Shown here piece after piece: positions 39,825 to 54,969 of a DNA stretch of 64,000 nucleotides. The DNA is from Octopus vulgaris (taxonomy: Eukaryota), in contig OX597840.1 in assembly GCA_951406725.2 (NCBI GenBank), positions 40,114,001 to 40,178,000 on the forward strand, in the 5' to 3' direction. How positions within the stretch are numbered: the stretch's first letter is position 1; the number at the start of each line of letters is the position of its first letter. Below the pieces are notes generated by a model. It had not been told where the DNA came from and ran no database searches. It saw only the letters and a program-made list of their open reading frames with translations. Position numbers and translations under genes: made by a program.

Positions 39825-40542
39825 TATATGTATATATATATATATATATAAATGAGAAAGTGATTCAATGAGTGTGTACAGAAGTAACTGACTGACTGAG
39901 CGTGGGAGAACGCGAGAGAGAAACATATCTATGGAAAACATTTTGGTTTTACTTTTGAAATAACAATGACAAAAGTTTTATTCTTTTCTATTCTTATCCG
40001 TATTTTCTCGCACGTTTTCTTTATCTTTATACCTTCGTAGATATCATTTTGATAGTGATATTTGCTTTATTAAATTTCCACTTTTTTCCGCCTGACAATT
40101 CCACAGATTTACATCTCCATAAGACGTCTGAAGTTAATACTGAGCTTTACCAAAAGACTTTGCATTTGGTTTTTTGCTTTACATTCTGTTGCTAAAGTAA
40201 CGAGAAACAAATTGATACGGTTTCTGCTATTTCTGGCCTGTTGTGGCGCATTCGTCACCGAGTTCTTGGAAAATATTAGGGATATTTCATAGAAATGAGA
40301 ATAAGAACTTTGCTAAGAATCTCATAAGGGAACTGAACAGCAGACTGTCTTCAGGGAAGAAACCCCACCCAGACAAGTGTGTACAACCCTTCGCTGATTC
40401 TAAAGGGTCCAGGCAGCATCCGAGACTCGGAGTTTTATCATGGCTACCGAATAATTGTCACATATTACTTTTGTCAGGTAAATTCTTCTATTTACATAAT
40501 ATCGAGGTCGCTTTCATTCTTTTGTTGTCTTACCATTTCTAT

Positions 40543-40681
<139 letters not shown>

Positions 40682-40687
40682 CATATA

Positions 40688-40723
<36 letters not shown>

Positions 40724-40744
40724 TGTCAGGTCACTTTCGAGTGC

Positions 40745-41520
40745 TACTGGTAACATGTAACCCAGTACAACCTGCTGCATGATCGGGCCGTCGGCGACTA
40801 AACCGGCAACCCCACCAAGCTTGCTTGGTGAGGAGTGTGTTTATTAGACACCCTGCGGGATGAAAAACAAAACCCGTCAAAGGGCGGAGGAACTCTTGAG
40901 AGTGAACGGCCATCCAATAAATTTCTTAAGGATATATCATGTGCGGGGACATAGAAATAACCGGACTGAATGCCTGATCGCGCGGTTAAACCATTGGAAG
41001 TGAAGGACTCCTAGCCTTTGTTAGGGCATCCTTCTAGGAGAAGGTAACTGGGATAACTCCGACATAAAACCTGTGGCCTAGTGGTTACCGATGATGTTGA
41101 CTTGTTCTTCTTTTCAGATTATAGCTGCTATTGCTTAGTGAGTGGGATTGACTCAGTGCACAACCTTTCCTCACTTTAAAAAAAATCTTCTTGCACAGGC
41201 ATTGCACGATAACAACATTTGTTTCTTTGCTACCCACAAGGGGCTAAACACAGAGGGGACAAACAAACGGATTAAGTCGATTATATCGACCCCAGTGCGT
41301 AACTGGTACTTAATTTATCGACCCCGAAAGGATGAAAGGGAAAGTCGACCTCGGCGGAATTTGAACTCAGAAAGTAACGGCAGAGGAATTACGGCCACGC
41401 ATTTCGCCCGGCGTGCTAACGGTTCTGCCAACTCGCCGCACGATAACAACATTGATTAAGCTTCGGGCAATGGCCATACTCGATAACGAGGGGGCAACCA
41501 CCATATAGATAAAACTTAGA
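40745..41520 (+). mobile_element. Probable RTE-type LINE 5' UTR-derived element, interrupted by SINE A
   Basis: GGGCATCCTTCTAGGAGAAGG...AACTCCGACATAAAACC resembles the 5' UTR motif I recall from RTE elements (CTAGGAGAAGG..AACTC..AAACC); GC-richer island. Confidence 0.4.
41221..41439 (-). mobile_element. SINE family A, full monomer with ~15-bp TSD
   Basis: TSD (G)CACGATAACAACATT at 41204-41219 and 41438-41453. Confidence 0.92.
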
Positions 41521-41769
41521 TATGTTTCGACCAAAGATTGGTCCAGGCCATGTCTAACTTAGTAGAATCATTTGATAGGATTATTTAAATTCATTTTGAG
41601 TCAGGTTTGGTGGTATCATGGTCCATTCAAGTAGAGAGTTCTTGTTGAGTGTGTTGTATCTAGGTATAGGAGGCTTATCTGGTATTCCTTGAAGAAATCT
41701 GTCCAGACTCCGTATAATGGTGAAATGATCCTTTTCCTCTTTGATCAGTTTTATTTATATACATGAATG

Positions 41770-41834
<65 letters not shown>

Positions 41835-42434
41835 CCCAAGATATGTAGTGGGTACGTAAATAATAAGATAAATATATAGATGCATACATACACACATATA
41901 TATACTCACATATATCATATGTATAAATATATATACACATATGATGTGTGTAAGTATATATATGTACCTCTGTGTGTGTTTCTGCTTTCCTACTGAAGCA
42001 CATACGACACAAATATACGTATACGTGTGCAAAGTGTGCAAGGTACGTGTGTGTAGTTATGTGCGATCGTATACATACGCATGCGCATATGCGCATTGTT
42101 GTGTGAGAATGTGTCGTCTTGTGAACGTCATGCTACTCAATTCAATTGCGTGAGTATACGTATGTTATATATATAGATGTTGATGTAGTCGTGTGTCTAT
42201 GTGTATATATGTATACACACACACAAACATATATATATATATATATATATATAAACATACATATACATATATGTATACATACATACATAGATGTGTGTGA
42301 GTGCATGCGTATGTGTCTGTATACGTATGTTTAAATTTATCTATATACATACATATATATATGTGAACATATATGTATATATATATGCATATACATGTGT
42401 GTGTGTATATTTGTGCAAATATATATATTTGTGG

Positions 42435-42486
<52 letters not shown>

Positions 42487-42544
42487 TGTGTGTATATATA
42501 TGTATATATTTGTGTATATATATGCATATATTTGTGTAAACATA

Positions 42545-42590
<46 letters not shown>

Positions 42591-43620
42591 CGTATGTATC
42601 TATATATATATATACACATACGTTGGCGCTTGTGCGTTTTTATGCATCTATACTTTGGCTGTGATATGATAAAGGTCACAGCTTATGCCATCGGTGGTTT
42701 GACAAAATTCATATGGCGTTACTAAATCTTTGATAAACGCCATTTTTCCTTGTTGGATCGTCCACTGAAAATGTCAAATGGTACGATAAAACTTATCTCT
42801 TTCCACGTGATTGTTGCCGTTATTGTTGCTGTTCTTGTTGTTGCTGCTGCTACTGTTGTTGTTGCTGTTGTGGTTGCCGTCATCGTAGTTATTATTGCTG
42901 TTTAAAGATAGGGACTCCTTAAATACAGTGTCTGTCTTTTTTTTCCAATTTTGTCCATGCGGGCTTGCTTGCTTGTACACTTTTCTATCTCTGGTCGTGT
43001 GTTGTGAATATTTATCTACTTTCAAAACAAAAAAAAAATAATAATAAAATAAAATAAATGCAATATGGAGTTGATATTTTGATATTTTTTCCGCTTCTTT
43101 TTTCGTTTTTTGCTCTTATATCTTTCAAAGTATACAAAAATTATTAATATTTCCCGCTTATCTAATTGTTAGTTTAAGTAAAATAGAAAACACCAACGCA
43201 GGAGGAAGCCTACACAGAGACTTTATCAGTGATATATATACTAAAAGACTTAAAGTGCAGGATTAGCTTAAAAAACACACATATATCTACAAACACCTAT
43301 TTTAATTGTTCTTATTCTTTAGATATTATTTATGTATTCTCTCCTGTCAGATAAACTTTCTTATTATTTTAAGTTGTTATTTCGTGATAATTCTTTTCTT
43401 TTTATTTTAGTTTTTTTTTTGTTTTTGCTATCTAAGAAGAAGACTTGTATCGCTCGGTTTAGTTTGCTTTTGAATCGCATCTATATTTAGCAAGAGAGAA
43501 TAACTGTTGCCATGGCACTGCGCATATCAATGAATAGGTGTATCGCTTCGTGTATATGTATATATATATATATATATATGTGTGTGTGGGTATGTTTCTG
43601 TGTGTGTGTGTGTGTGTGTG

Positions 43621-44272
43621 TAAATAATAGTAATGGTATTTTTATATAAGCTTAAAGTTTATGGCGATCACCGTGCAATGAATAAGGAAAACAGTCTAAT
43701 AGCAAGGCATAATACCGGGACACGAACCAACATCCCTTTGTTAACGCGACTAAGTGTGTTACCACGCGGATAGAAAAGCCTTCTAATTTCTGTCGAGAGC
43801 TTGTATGCCCCGTTATTAGACTAGTTTCTTTAGTCATTGCAGTGTGATCGCCATAATACTTAAGCTTATATAAAAAAAATCATTATTATTATTTACAGCA
43901 CTGTAGAACACGGCACCGTTTAACAAAACCATTCGCACCGAAAGCATATAGAAAGTTTGCTTGCATAAAATCAAAGACGAATTAATATAGTTTTTAAATT
44001 TGACAGAAGTAGGGACTCTGGTTCGCTGGTGTAAATGTAACATACTTAGTTACGTTCATAAATGTATGTGAGTTCGTGTCCCATGCGAATAGGAAAGCCA
44101 TTTTTTTTTTCCTGTCGAGGGCTTATATGCCCCATTACTAGAACTATTTTTCTTAGTCATTGCACAGTGATCGCCATAAGCTTTAAGCTAATATAAAAAT
44201 ATACCATTATTATTATTTACAGGATTGTAAAACACGGCACCGTATAACAAAACCATTCGCTCCGAAAGCATA
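43621..44272. repeat. Three-copy local repeat: one inverted copy plus two direct copies
   Basis: 43621-43710 is the reverse complement of 43805-43895; 43805-43950 recurs at 44125-44272. Confidence 0.85.
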
Positions 44273-44996
44273 TATATATATAGGTATGTGTCTTTGTGCG
44301 TATGAATGTGTGTATTCTTTTATTTAATCATTGACTTCAACCTGAGACTACGACCATGCTGGAACATCGCCATTAGCGCAATTACTTGTTTATTTCAATT
44401 CCTGTTCCCGTTTCATTCTCCAAAATCGGTCCAGCTGAACTGGTGAGTTGGACAAATTTGCCCCTCTTCCCATGTTTTGCCGCAGCGTGCGTTCATCTAT
44501 TTCAGTTCTTCTCAGCCTGGGTGCATATGACCGCTGAGGTTCCATATAACATTTTGTGGAGTCCACACAAGGAAACTAGGGAATGGGGACACACGGTAAT
44601 ATATTAAGGGTCCATCAAAAAGCTTTACTTTAGAAGAATTTATAACATGAAAGAGCTAGGTCTCTTTCACTAATGTTTCACATAGTCCAAGTGAAAAACA
44701 AAATAGGAATTTTCAAAGAATTATCCATCAAATTCTTTTTTTAATATCAAATGGTTTTAGGGGTGCAGCAGAGTAAAATAGTAATGAAACGAGTCGACAG
44801 GAGAAAATACTTGAGAAAAACTGATCTGATATGTAAGATGAAAATTTGTCTAATTGTTCTTCAGATTCACTCGCATCTACAACTGGTAGATCTCAGAAAC
44901 CTTTTGGTAATCGTAGGGGTGCTTGAAAGTTCCTGTCTTTAAAGGGTCTCGGGAAAGGCCTGGGTCAGGGTTAGGGTTTTTCCGAGTTTTTCTGGT

Positions 44997-45150
44997 GGTA
45001 TTTCGTCTGTTTTTACGTACTGAGGTCGACTTTGCCTTCCTTCTTTTCGGGGTCGATAAATTAAGTACCAGTTGAGTACTGGAGTCGATCAAATTAACTG
45101 GGCCTCCTCCCACAAAATTTCGGGTCTTGTACCAAGAGCAGAAAAGAATA
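44997..45150 (+). mobile_element. SINE family A fragment with alternative 3' end
   Basis: Ends ACTGGGCCTCCTCCCACAAAATTTCGGGTCTTGTACCAAGAGCAGAAAAGAAT, like the last unit at 1283-1338. Confidence 0.8.
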
Positions 45151-46243
45151 TACAGTCTGGTAATTTTAATCCCGTAATTGAGTGTTAGACATTCCAGAAT
45201 ATTCTTCCTTTTCATATCTTCATTTCAGAGAGCAGCGCCTAAGTTCTTTTAGGCTCTACCAGTAGCTCAACTGATCTAAGTGTGTGTGTGCTACCGTACG
45301 GGCGAATATGTGTAGACCATTAGACAGTACGTTTATAATAGAACCGAAAAGTATTATATATTGGCTTTCGTTTCGAATAAACAATGCAATAATGAATATT
45401 TATATCAATGGATATATTTGTTTATCATATTTATTTATAGAATGGTAACACGGCCGATATCATGGATTCTCTTTGGCACATGTTTGCTCTGATTCCTCGT
45501 CGAAGCATTGGCATATTACCAAACAGACTTAGCCACTCATTTGATCGAGTCTACGTATGTACGCAGAATTGGCAAAAACTAAGGAATTGGAGAAGATTGG
45601 CTTTCGCTTTTCTGGTGGCAAAGATTGCGTTACTTGTTAGCAGTTTTTTACTGTTTTTTTTTTACAATTTCACTTGTTTCATTTATTGGCCTGCGGCCAT
45701 GCTGGGGCATCGCCTTGAAGGATTTTATAAATCGATCTCAGAATTTGTTGCTTTTTTTTGTTGCTGTTTTGTTTTATCTTTTGAAGTGTGGTAATTTATT
45801 CTGTCGATGTTCTTGCCAAACCACTAAGTTACGAGGGTGTAAACAACTCCGATTATTAAGGGATGGGGAGTTCACGCATACACAAACGTGTGTGTGTGAG
45901 TGTATGTGTGTATGTGTATGTTTATATGTGTGTGGGCGTCTGTGTGTGTATTTGTGTATGTGTATGCGTGTGTGTATGTGTGTACAAGTGTGTGTATGTG
46001 TGTATGTTTGTATGTGCATGTATGTGTGTGTATGTGTGTCTATGTGAGTGTATATGTATGTGCGTGTGCGTGTGTGTGTGTGTATGTGTGTGCGTGTGCT
46101 TGTGTGTATCTGTGTGTATGTCTGTGGGTATGTGTATGCGTATGTGTATGTGTGTATGCGGGTGTATGTGTGTATGTGTGTGTGTGAGTGTATGTGTGTG
46201 TACAGATCTTTCAAGTGCATATACATAAGTATGTATGGTTTGG

Positions 46244-46278
<35 letters not shown>

Positions 46279-46287
46279 ATATATAAG

Positions 46288-46341
<54 letters not shown>

Positions 46342-47283
46342 TATATATATATATATATACGTATGCATACACACACATATATAAACCTACCATTTAATAT
46401 ATACAACATAAAACATGAAACAAGATCTCCGTAGACATGTTTAAACCCACGTGAGGTATGTTCATTCGTCACGCGAACGAGGACCATCTTGTGATCCTTA
46501 AAGATGACGGATGACGTAAGCGGTTACTTGATTGAAATCAAAAAACTGTTGTACACAGTTAAGCTCACTCTCTCATCCATGACCAAGAAGTCTTATTAGC
46601 ACATCTTGCTCTGACCACGCCACAATGTGCCGCTGCAGCCAGTCTCCTCTTCATTGAACCATGAAGGTTTCTTCCAGAGAGTCCACCAGATCCACTCTTC
46701 TCATGAATAGGTAGGCAAGCCCTAATATTTCAATTAACCACATGCTGGGACCCTCACTGGATTGGAGTAAACCAAGGAACAACAATGGTGAAGACGTGGT
46801 TCCAACACACCTCAAAACACTGAATTCACGAACTAATGCTCCACTATCAGACACACTTTAAAGTTACAGCCAAGATAAAGCAGAACAACAATTTCAATGA
46901 AGGACAGCTTAAAAGCAGGAAGGCAACAAACACATTAAATGCATACATTCACTATCAGCTTTCTAACGGACAGCATTATAGCTTATCATTCAGTGTATAT
47001 ATGTATGTTATTAAGTACACGAATTGCCTTAGATTTTTCCGTGCACTATCGTAGCCACCCGTTTCAGGAATCAATTTCTTAAAGAATTTTGACGAATAAC
47101 TATATTACCAGCTCGAGATATTGGCTTTTACAGTTTATGCTGATACAGCCTACTGGGAAGAGAGTTAGCAGTGAGTTGACGAGCAAGAGATACGAGGTTT
47201 AAGCAAATTTTAATATCACGCAAACCCGAAAGTCGCTAATATATTTAATTTTGGTCCATTGCAGATTCCGCTCAGTATTCGGT

Positions 47284-47358
47284 TCCGGCTGATGACGTGA
47301 TTTCTTGGATTGCTTCCTAGAACGGCTTAATTACAGAAACACGGCATTCGGTCCCAGA
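47284..47358 (+). ncRNA. Type I hammerhead ribozyme candidate
   Basis: TCCGG-CTGATGA-C-GTGATT...AATTAC-A-GAAAC-ACGGCATTCG-GTC-CCAGA. Both core boxes and the GUC triplet are intact; stems have single mismatches. Confidence 0.55.
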
Positions 47359-47424
47359 CGTATTCTTCATATTTATCTCCATATACTTATGATCTGAAAC
47401 TACTCGTAGATACGTGTATCTATG

Positions 47425-47483
<59 letters not shown>

Positions 47484-47706
47484 GTGTGAATATATATATA
47501 TACATATATATACATATAAATATATACATAAATATATATAAATATATACATATATATATATATAAATATACATATATATATATATATATGAATATATATA
47601 TATATACATACATATATATATATATATATACATAACTATATATATATATATATGAATATATATCTGCATATATATATAAGCGCACGTACATATACATGTA
47701 TATACT

Positions 47707-47742
<36 letters not shown>

Positions 47743-47855
47743 GAGAGAGAGACAGACCGACAGATAGACAGACAGAGATGCGTGTTTGCATGATTATATA
47801 CATACGTGTATATACATATATATATGATAAATACGTACACATACATGCTTGCATG

Positions 47856-47939
<84 letters not shown>

Positions 47940-48609
47940 TGCAAATACAATACATAAATGTTTACAGTTGTATATATATGCATATACACAGACACATACA
48001 CATACATACGTACAGAATTTATATACACTCGCATTAAGATTATGCGTATGAGTATGTGCGGTGTGTGTACATGTGACTATGTGTCTGTGCATTTGCGTTC
48101 GTGTTTCTGTGTGTGTGCGTATGTGTATTTCATCGTGTGTAGAACACGGCTCGTCACTACGTAACACGCCATCACCTGTTCAAATGGCGACGTGAAATCT
48201 CGGCGACATGAAACAAGAATATTTCCCTCGTCTTTGAGTTCCGAAATTTACTACACGTATATTACATAATATACTACAGACATATTACATTCTCAAATAT
48301 TTATATATATGTCTGTGTGTGTGTCCGTGCGTGTATGCGCGTGTTTGTATGTGTATGCGTGTGTGGAGAGTGAGTGTGTGTGTGTTGTGTGTGTGTGTGT
48401 GTGTGTGTGTATTTATAGACAGATAGATAGACATAAACATGTATATACATCCTATACATATGTGTTTGTGCATGTATTTATATATATATATTATATATAA
48501 TATATTGAACGCCACGCATCCATTTCCAAGTAAGTTTATATATATATGTACATACATGTATATATATATGTATGTATCTATGTATGTATCTATGTGTGTA
48601 CATATACAT

Positions 48610-48666
<57 letters not shown>

Positions 48667-48751
48667 CACTTATGCGTATATATATATATGTAAGTATGTG
48701 TGTATATATATATAGATAGATAAATACATAGATAGACAGATAGTTAAATAA

Positions 48752-48844
<93 letters not shown>

Positions 48845-48975
48845 CATATTATATGTATATAAACACACGTGTATGTGTGTCTGTGTGTTGTGTGTGTATA
48901 CTTTATGAAATTGCCTAAAATGAAACCAAAGAATAACAGTAGAATTCGGAGCGAGGGAAAATTATTGGATGTTCA

Positions 48976-49136
48976 TAACAACAACAGCAACAACAACAAC
49001 AACAACAACAATAATAATAACAATAATAATAATAATAATAATAATAACAACAATAATAATAACAATAACAATAATAATAATAACAATAATAATAATAATA
49101 ACAATAATAATAATAATAATAATAACGATAATAATG

Positions 49137-49192
<56 letters not shown>
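48976..49192. repeat. (AAC)n(AAT)n array
   Basis: Directly visible. Confidence 0.98.
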
Positions 49193-49193
<1 letters not shown>

Positions 49194-50350
49194 TATGCAG
49201 TGCTGCTATCGCAGAGAACTTCTTACGCACGTTTTGCTTTGAACTGAATAGAAAACATGAGGAACAATAGAAAGAAAGAAAATGCCAGTTTAACAGTTGA
49301 TGCTATGATTCCGCTGTGCCATTCTAAACAATCCATGTTCAATCTTTTTCTACAGAGAATTGTTATATCTTGGTAATGTTATAGGTAAATATATCTTGGC
49401 TGTTCTTGGAAAACATGGACCCATTGATGCATGTAATGAGGCATAAATCATTATAAATTCACATTTTCTTTTGCGTTTTGTTCCCGATTTTATTTCGTAG
49501 TAATTTGTTTGGTTCTGAGGCAGTTGTTTTTACTTCAATCATCTTAAAACAAGCAGAAACAACAACAGTAAATTTACGAACAAGAACACGAATAAAAATG
49601 GTAAAAAAAAAAAAAAAAAAAAAAAGATAGATGGAGAAAGAGAGAAGAGAGAAAAAAGAAAGGCAGACAAATCGAAAGATACGGAGTGGGTTGAATGGAA
49701 TATTTCTGTAGTTAGAATATTTCACAGAATATAAACTCGAATTTCCTAGATGCAAGAATGTGATAAACGCTGTTGGTCTAAGATCAATATATATACGAAT
49801 TACTTGCTGAACTAATCTTTACGCTCCTGACCCAAACTAATACTTTGAATGGAACTAATTTTCTGCAATATTTGCTGTAGTTATCGTTTCCTATAGTTCT
49901 TCCTTTCAGCCAATCTTTAAATCCATATTATTCCACTAGAAGTGAAACTAAACAACGAAGAAGAAAGAAACAAAAGAAAATAATAAATGAATAAATAAAT
50001 AAACGGAGAAAACAAATAAAATTTACGTATAAATAAAAGATGAAAATGAAGAAAATCAATTTTAAAATAAAGGCAAGCAGTGAAATAACAGTGTATGTGT
50101 GCGTGTATGTGCGTGTGTGCATGTGTGTGTGATTTTGTTTCCATGTTTAAATATATAAACATATATATTTATATACATAAATACATAACTATATATATAT
50201 ATATATATATATATAAAAACGTAAGTATACATACATATATACGCATATATATAATATGCATACATTCATGCATATATATTTATATATGTGTATATATTTA
50301 TACATATGCGTATATAAATATATATATTTTTATATGTGTATGTATTTATA

Positions 50351-50391
<41 letters not shown>

Positions 50392-50584
50392 GTGCATATA
50401 TTTATATATATGCGTATATATATATATATATGTGTGTGTATAAAATATACACATTTATATATACTTATTTATATATAACATGATTACATACATAGATTCA
50501 TTTATGTGTATATATATATATATATATACATACGTACATACATACATACACACAAACATTCATGCTTACGTGTATACATATACG

Positions 50585-50640
<56 letters not shown>

Positions 50641-51544
50641 CATACACAAATTCATGTTATCTCTCCAAGAGCATTAATAGATTCTTTTAATGTAGCAGAA
50701 TTTAGCTATTTCGCGCAACACTGCAACTTGGAATACAGGTCAGAGTTTAGGAAAAAAAAATGGAAATAGTGTTCATATCTCTGCATTATGGTTGTAACAC
50801 TGAGTTCTGGAGTAAAGTGTATGCCTACATAATTTACGCTATCAGATCTGGTAGTTTATAAGCAAGCAAGTGAGAAGCCAAACGGTTTCATGTAGAACAG
50901 AGGAAGATAAATTTTTAGCATTTCACGGCTTGGCAATGAATGAGATAAAAGTATATAAAATTGTATCCGTTGAAGAATGAAGGTTTTGTTGACTAACCCT
51001 ATGTTGGCCTGCCGCATTTTTAAGGCAGGTAGATTTCCGAGGTTTTATGAAATAATTTAGTGCTGTTCATCATGATAATATACCTGTGAGCAAGGTATTG
51101 TATCGTTTATAGTTGCGAAGAAGAGAAACAAATATGGCCGCTGTAACGTAAGTAGAATGTCGTTCAGTGTATTTCTTATCGTAAACCTTCAAACAGTTTT
51201 GAGGCAATGAGTTGAATAAAATTGTCACGATAAGTCACATCAAGTGAGCGGAAATAGATTGTTAGAAGCATAGACAAGCTTTGCAATTCATGGTCGTTTG
51301 TGTAATGGTAAATAAACCTGCCTGTTTTGCAGAAGAACGGTGATGAATATGCCGCCAAAGAAGGGAAAGAGATAGGTACTTGACAAATAAAAGTGAATGA
51401 GATAGCGGTGTACTGCAGAAGGTTGCTTGCACAGCCACGTGACTGCCGGATCGCCCAAGCTGCAAGGAATCTTCGGCGAATTATCCCTCACCTTGCTTCA
51501 CATTGTTGACACTGCTGCCGGTCGTACATACGTATGCATGTATG

Positions 51545-51744
<200 letters not shown>

Positions 51745-51745
51745 A

Positions 51746-52141
51746 AGGCGGTTAGCTGGCAGAAACGTTAGCACGTCGGGCGAAATGCTTAGCGGTATTT
51801 CGTCTGTCGTTACGTTCTGAGTTCAAATTCCGCCGAGGTCGACTTTGCCTTTCATCCTTTCGGGGTCGATAAATTAAGTACCATTCACGCACTGGGGTCG
51901 ATGTAATCGACTTAATATCTATGTCTATCCTTGTTTGTCCTCTCTATGTTTAGCCCCTTGTGGGTAATAAAGAAATAGGTATTTCGTCTGTCGTTACGTT
52001 CTGAGTTTGCTTTTTATCCTTTTGGGGTCGATAAATTAAGTACCAGTTACGCGCTGGAGTCGATGTAATCGACTTAATCCTTTTGACTGTCCTTGTTTGT
52101 TCCCTCTATGTTTAGCCCCTTGTGGGCAATAAAGAAATAAG
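51746..52141 (+). mobile_element. SINE family A, dimer (head plus 2 body units)
   Basis: Junction TAAAGAAATAG|GTATTTCGTCTG at ~51978. Confidence 0.9.
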
Positions 52142-52164
52142 ATATATTGGTACTATTGGCTTTA

Positions 52165-52395
52165 AATTTTGGCCCAATGCGAGTAATTTCGGAGGAAGAG
52201 GTAAGTCGATTATATCGGCCCCCAGTGTTCAGCTAGTCCTTATTTTATTGACTCCCACCTACTCTACGCACACACACACAAAGGATGGAAGGAAGTGGCC
52301 GCCACTTCTGATTTTTAACTCAGTTTGTATAAACGAGCGAAACGCCCCTAAGCATTTTACCCAGCGCGGTAACGAATCAGCTTCTTCACCGCCTT
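52165..52395 (-). mobile_element. Old degenerate SINE A-related copy
   Basis: TAAGTCGATTATATCGGCCCCCAGTG...AAGCATTTTACCCAGCGCGGTAACG. Confidence 0.65.
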
Positions 52396-52872
52396 CAGGA
52401 CGTTGATATTAAATGAAGTGTTAAACTTAGGGTTCCCGCCCTTCTTTTTAGGCATTGGACCTCTTGTGTGATTGGGCAAATGGATGTCAACATCTCCGAT
52501 GAAAGCTTAATGTGGTTTGGCAAATCGAATAACCTCGATCCTCATTTTTTCAAACTATTATCATATCGATAGATAAAATTGCCTCTGTGTCTGTGTGTTT
52601 AAACGTGTGTGTGCATATGTGTGTGTGCATATGTGTGTGTGTGTATATGTGTGTGTGTGTGCATATGCGTGCGTGCGTGTGTAGGAGTGTGTGTGTGTTT
52701 GGAAACATTAATCAAAAAGCTCACAAACTAAGACAAAATCTTTGGAAAAAGTTAGTGACATTTTAATAAAAGATTTTGTAACTTTTTCAAAGAATGATTT
52801 TTATTAAAGAATCCCCTATGTATCTAAAAACTATATTAAGTAATTTTAAAAAAGACTGTCACAAATATATTT

Positions 52873-52918
<46 letters not shown>

Positions 52919-52928
52919 GACAGTCTTT

Positions 52929-52968
<40 letters not shown>

Positions 52969-53076
52969 TTAAGTAGGTGAATGAATTATCCTATGTTTAT
53001 CGTCAGCATGGAAACATAAGTCGAGAGTAAAGGAATTTTGTTAACATATTCGTTCGACTCCATTCTGTCATTTATT

Positions 53077-53139
<63 letters not shown>

Positions 53140-53145
<6 letters not shown>

Positions 53146-53330
53146 ATCCAAGCATGAAAACACCAAGAGAAAACACAACAACGCGTGGACGTGGAACAAG
53201 TATAGTGTTATTGGACGCTCAGGAAAGAAGAAAAGAAGGAGGGTTTAACGTTTCGAGCGGAGCTCTTCGTTAGAAACGTAAGAAAAGGAAAGATCCAAAG
53301 AAGGGAAGACGGAGGAAAAAAAATTAGCAA
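53140..53330 (-). mobile_element. ~190-bp hammerhead-containing repeat, copy 2
   Basis: Paralogue of 34678-34870. Hammerhead at 53243-53277: GTTT-CTAACGA-A-GAGC-TCC-GCTC-GAAAC-GTT-AAAC. Abuts (TA)n. Confidence 0.7.
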
Positions 53331-53429
53331 GAAGCGTCAAGGATGCAGAGAGCATCAACCTATTTAGAAATAAGTGCTAAAGTCTCAATTCATTCGAATT
53401 TATTTTCTTATATATATCTGTATATATAC

Positions 53430-53510
<81 letters not shown>

Positions 53511-53698
53511 CAAGGAAAAATTATAAAAAGGCAGAATGCTAGATTGAAAGAAAATTTTAATGAAAATGGGTGTATGGAAAATTTTGAATATATATATATA
53601 TTCACTTACGTATTATTCTTCATATCTATGTTAATATGTGATACGAAAATTTACTGCGATATTCTCCCCGAGACGATATCATATGAACGTTCTCTATG

Positions 53699-53760
<62 letters not shown>

Positions 53761-54221
53761 TATGTGTGTGTACATATGTAGTCATACATACATATACATT
53801 ATTTAGAAGAGTAGAGTAGGATTGATAACCAAACAGAAAGCCATAAATAATAACCAAAAATAGTTGTGACACAGAAACACGTTCACCGACCGTTGTCGAG
53901 ACTTAGCTGAGAGCGATTCCATTTCAAACGATAAAACGAAAGGTTCCCGCCAGTCTGTCGCAGAACCGGAGTTCTTGTGAACAACAATACCAGCTTACGT
54001 GGAATGCATTAGTATTTCTTGACGTTTGTGGCTTTTTACGACAAACCCGAAAAACAAGGATCTTGTGTGATAAAATGTTGAAGCGACCGACAGTCGGGAA
54101 CCAACGTGCAACTTTTAAATTTGATCAATTCTTGCTCGGGTTTTTGATAGCGAGCGGTTGTTGTTTAATATTCTGCGCGTTTTCATTGTTTGTTTATTAC
54201 GGTATTGTTTTATGTGTGTGT

Positions 54222-54284
<63 letters not shown>

Positions 54285-54505
54285 TGTGTGTGTGTGTAAG
54301 ACTATAGTTGTTTCACTGAATTATTTCAAAAAATGAGAAAGGAAAAAAAAATGGGGTTAGACTACAATAAAAACACTAATAAATTTAAAAACCGTTTTGA
54401 AAAATAATGCTATGTTACGGCACTCTATATTTGGCAGTCTTTTTTATTCTATTTCAGATAGATCAGGAATTGTGTCTCGTCTCATGCGAATTTGAAACGC
54501 GCACG

Positions 54506-54541
<36 letters not shown>

Positions 54542-54573
54542 TAGATATATATACACACATATATATATATATA

Positions 54574-54621
<48 letters not shown>

Positions 54622-54699
54622 ATATATATATAGGTAGAAACGGTAAACAAAGGATAATTCATTCATCCATTTAAATATGTATATATATATATATATATT

Positions 54700-54969
54700 T
54701 CGTTTGGGATTTGGTTTGCAAGATTCTTTATGCGAGTTCGTGTGTTGAAGCATATTCTGTTGTGTCTGGGGAGAGTCATTCTCTTTTGGAGCCTTATAAT
54801 TTAACACACTCACCGGTAAAATTTCCACTTATTTCTTTTTGCTATTGAAAAGGTCGCAAGAAGCAACGAAAATTTTAGAAAAATAAAAAAAGAAATAAGT
54901 GGAAATTTTACCGGTGCGTGTGTTAAATTAGAAGGCACCAAAGGAGAATGACTCTCCCCAGAAACAACA

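Noticed and set aside
42645-42695. miR-2-like seed (TATCACAGCC, minus strand) in a small hairpin
   Set aside because: The stem is only ~7 bp and the 3' half does not match miR-2; not a pre-miRNA fold.
46560-46950. Coding-like composition island
   Set aside because: Stops in the frames examined and no recognisable domain; probably an old TE fragment that I cannot classify.
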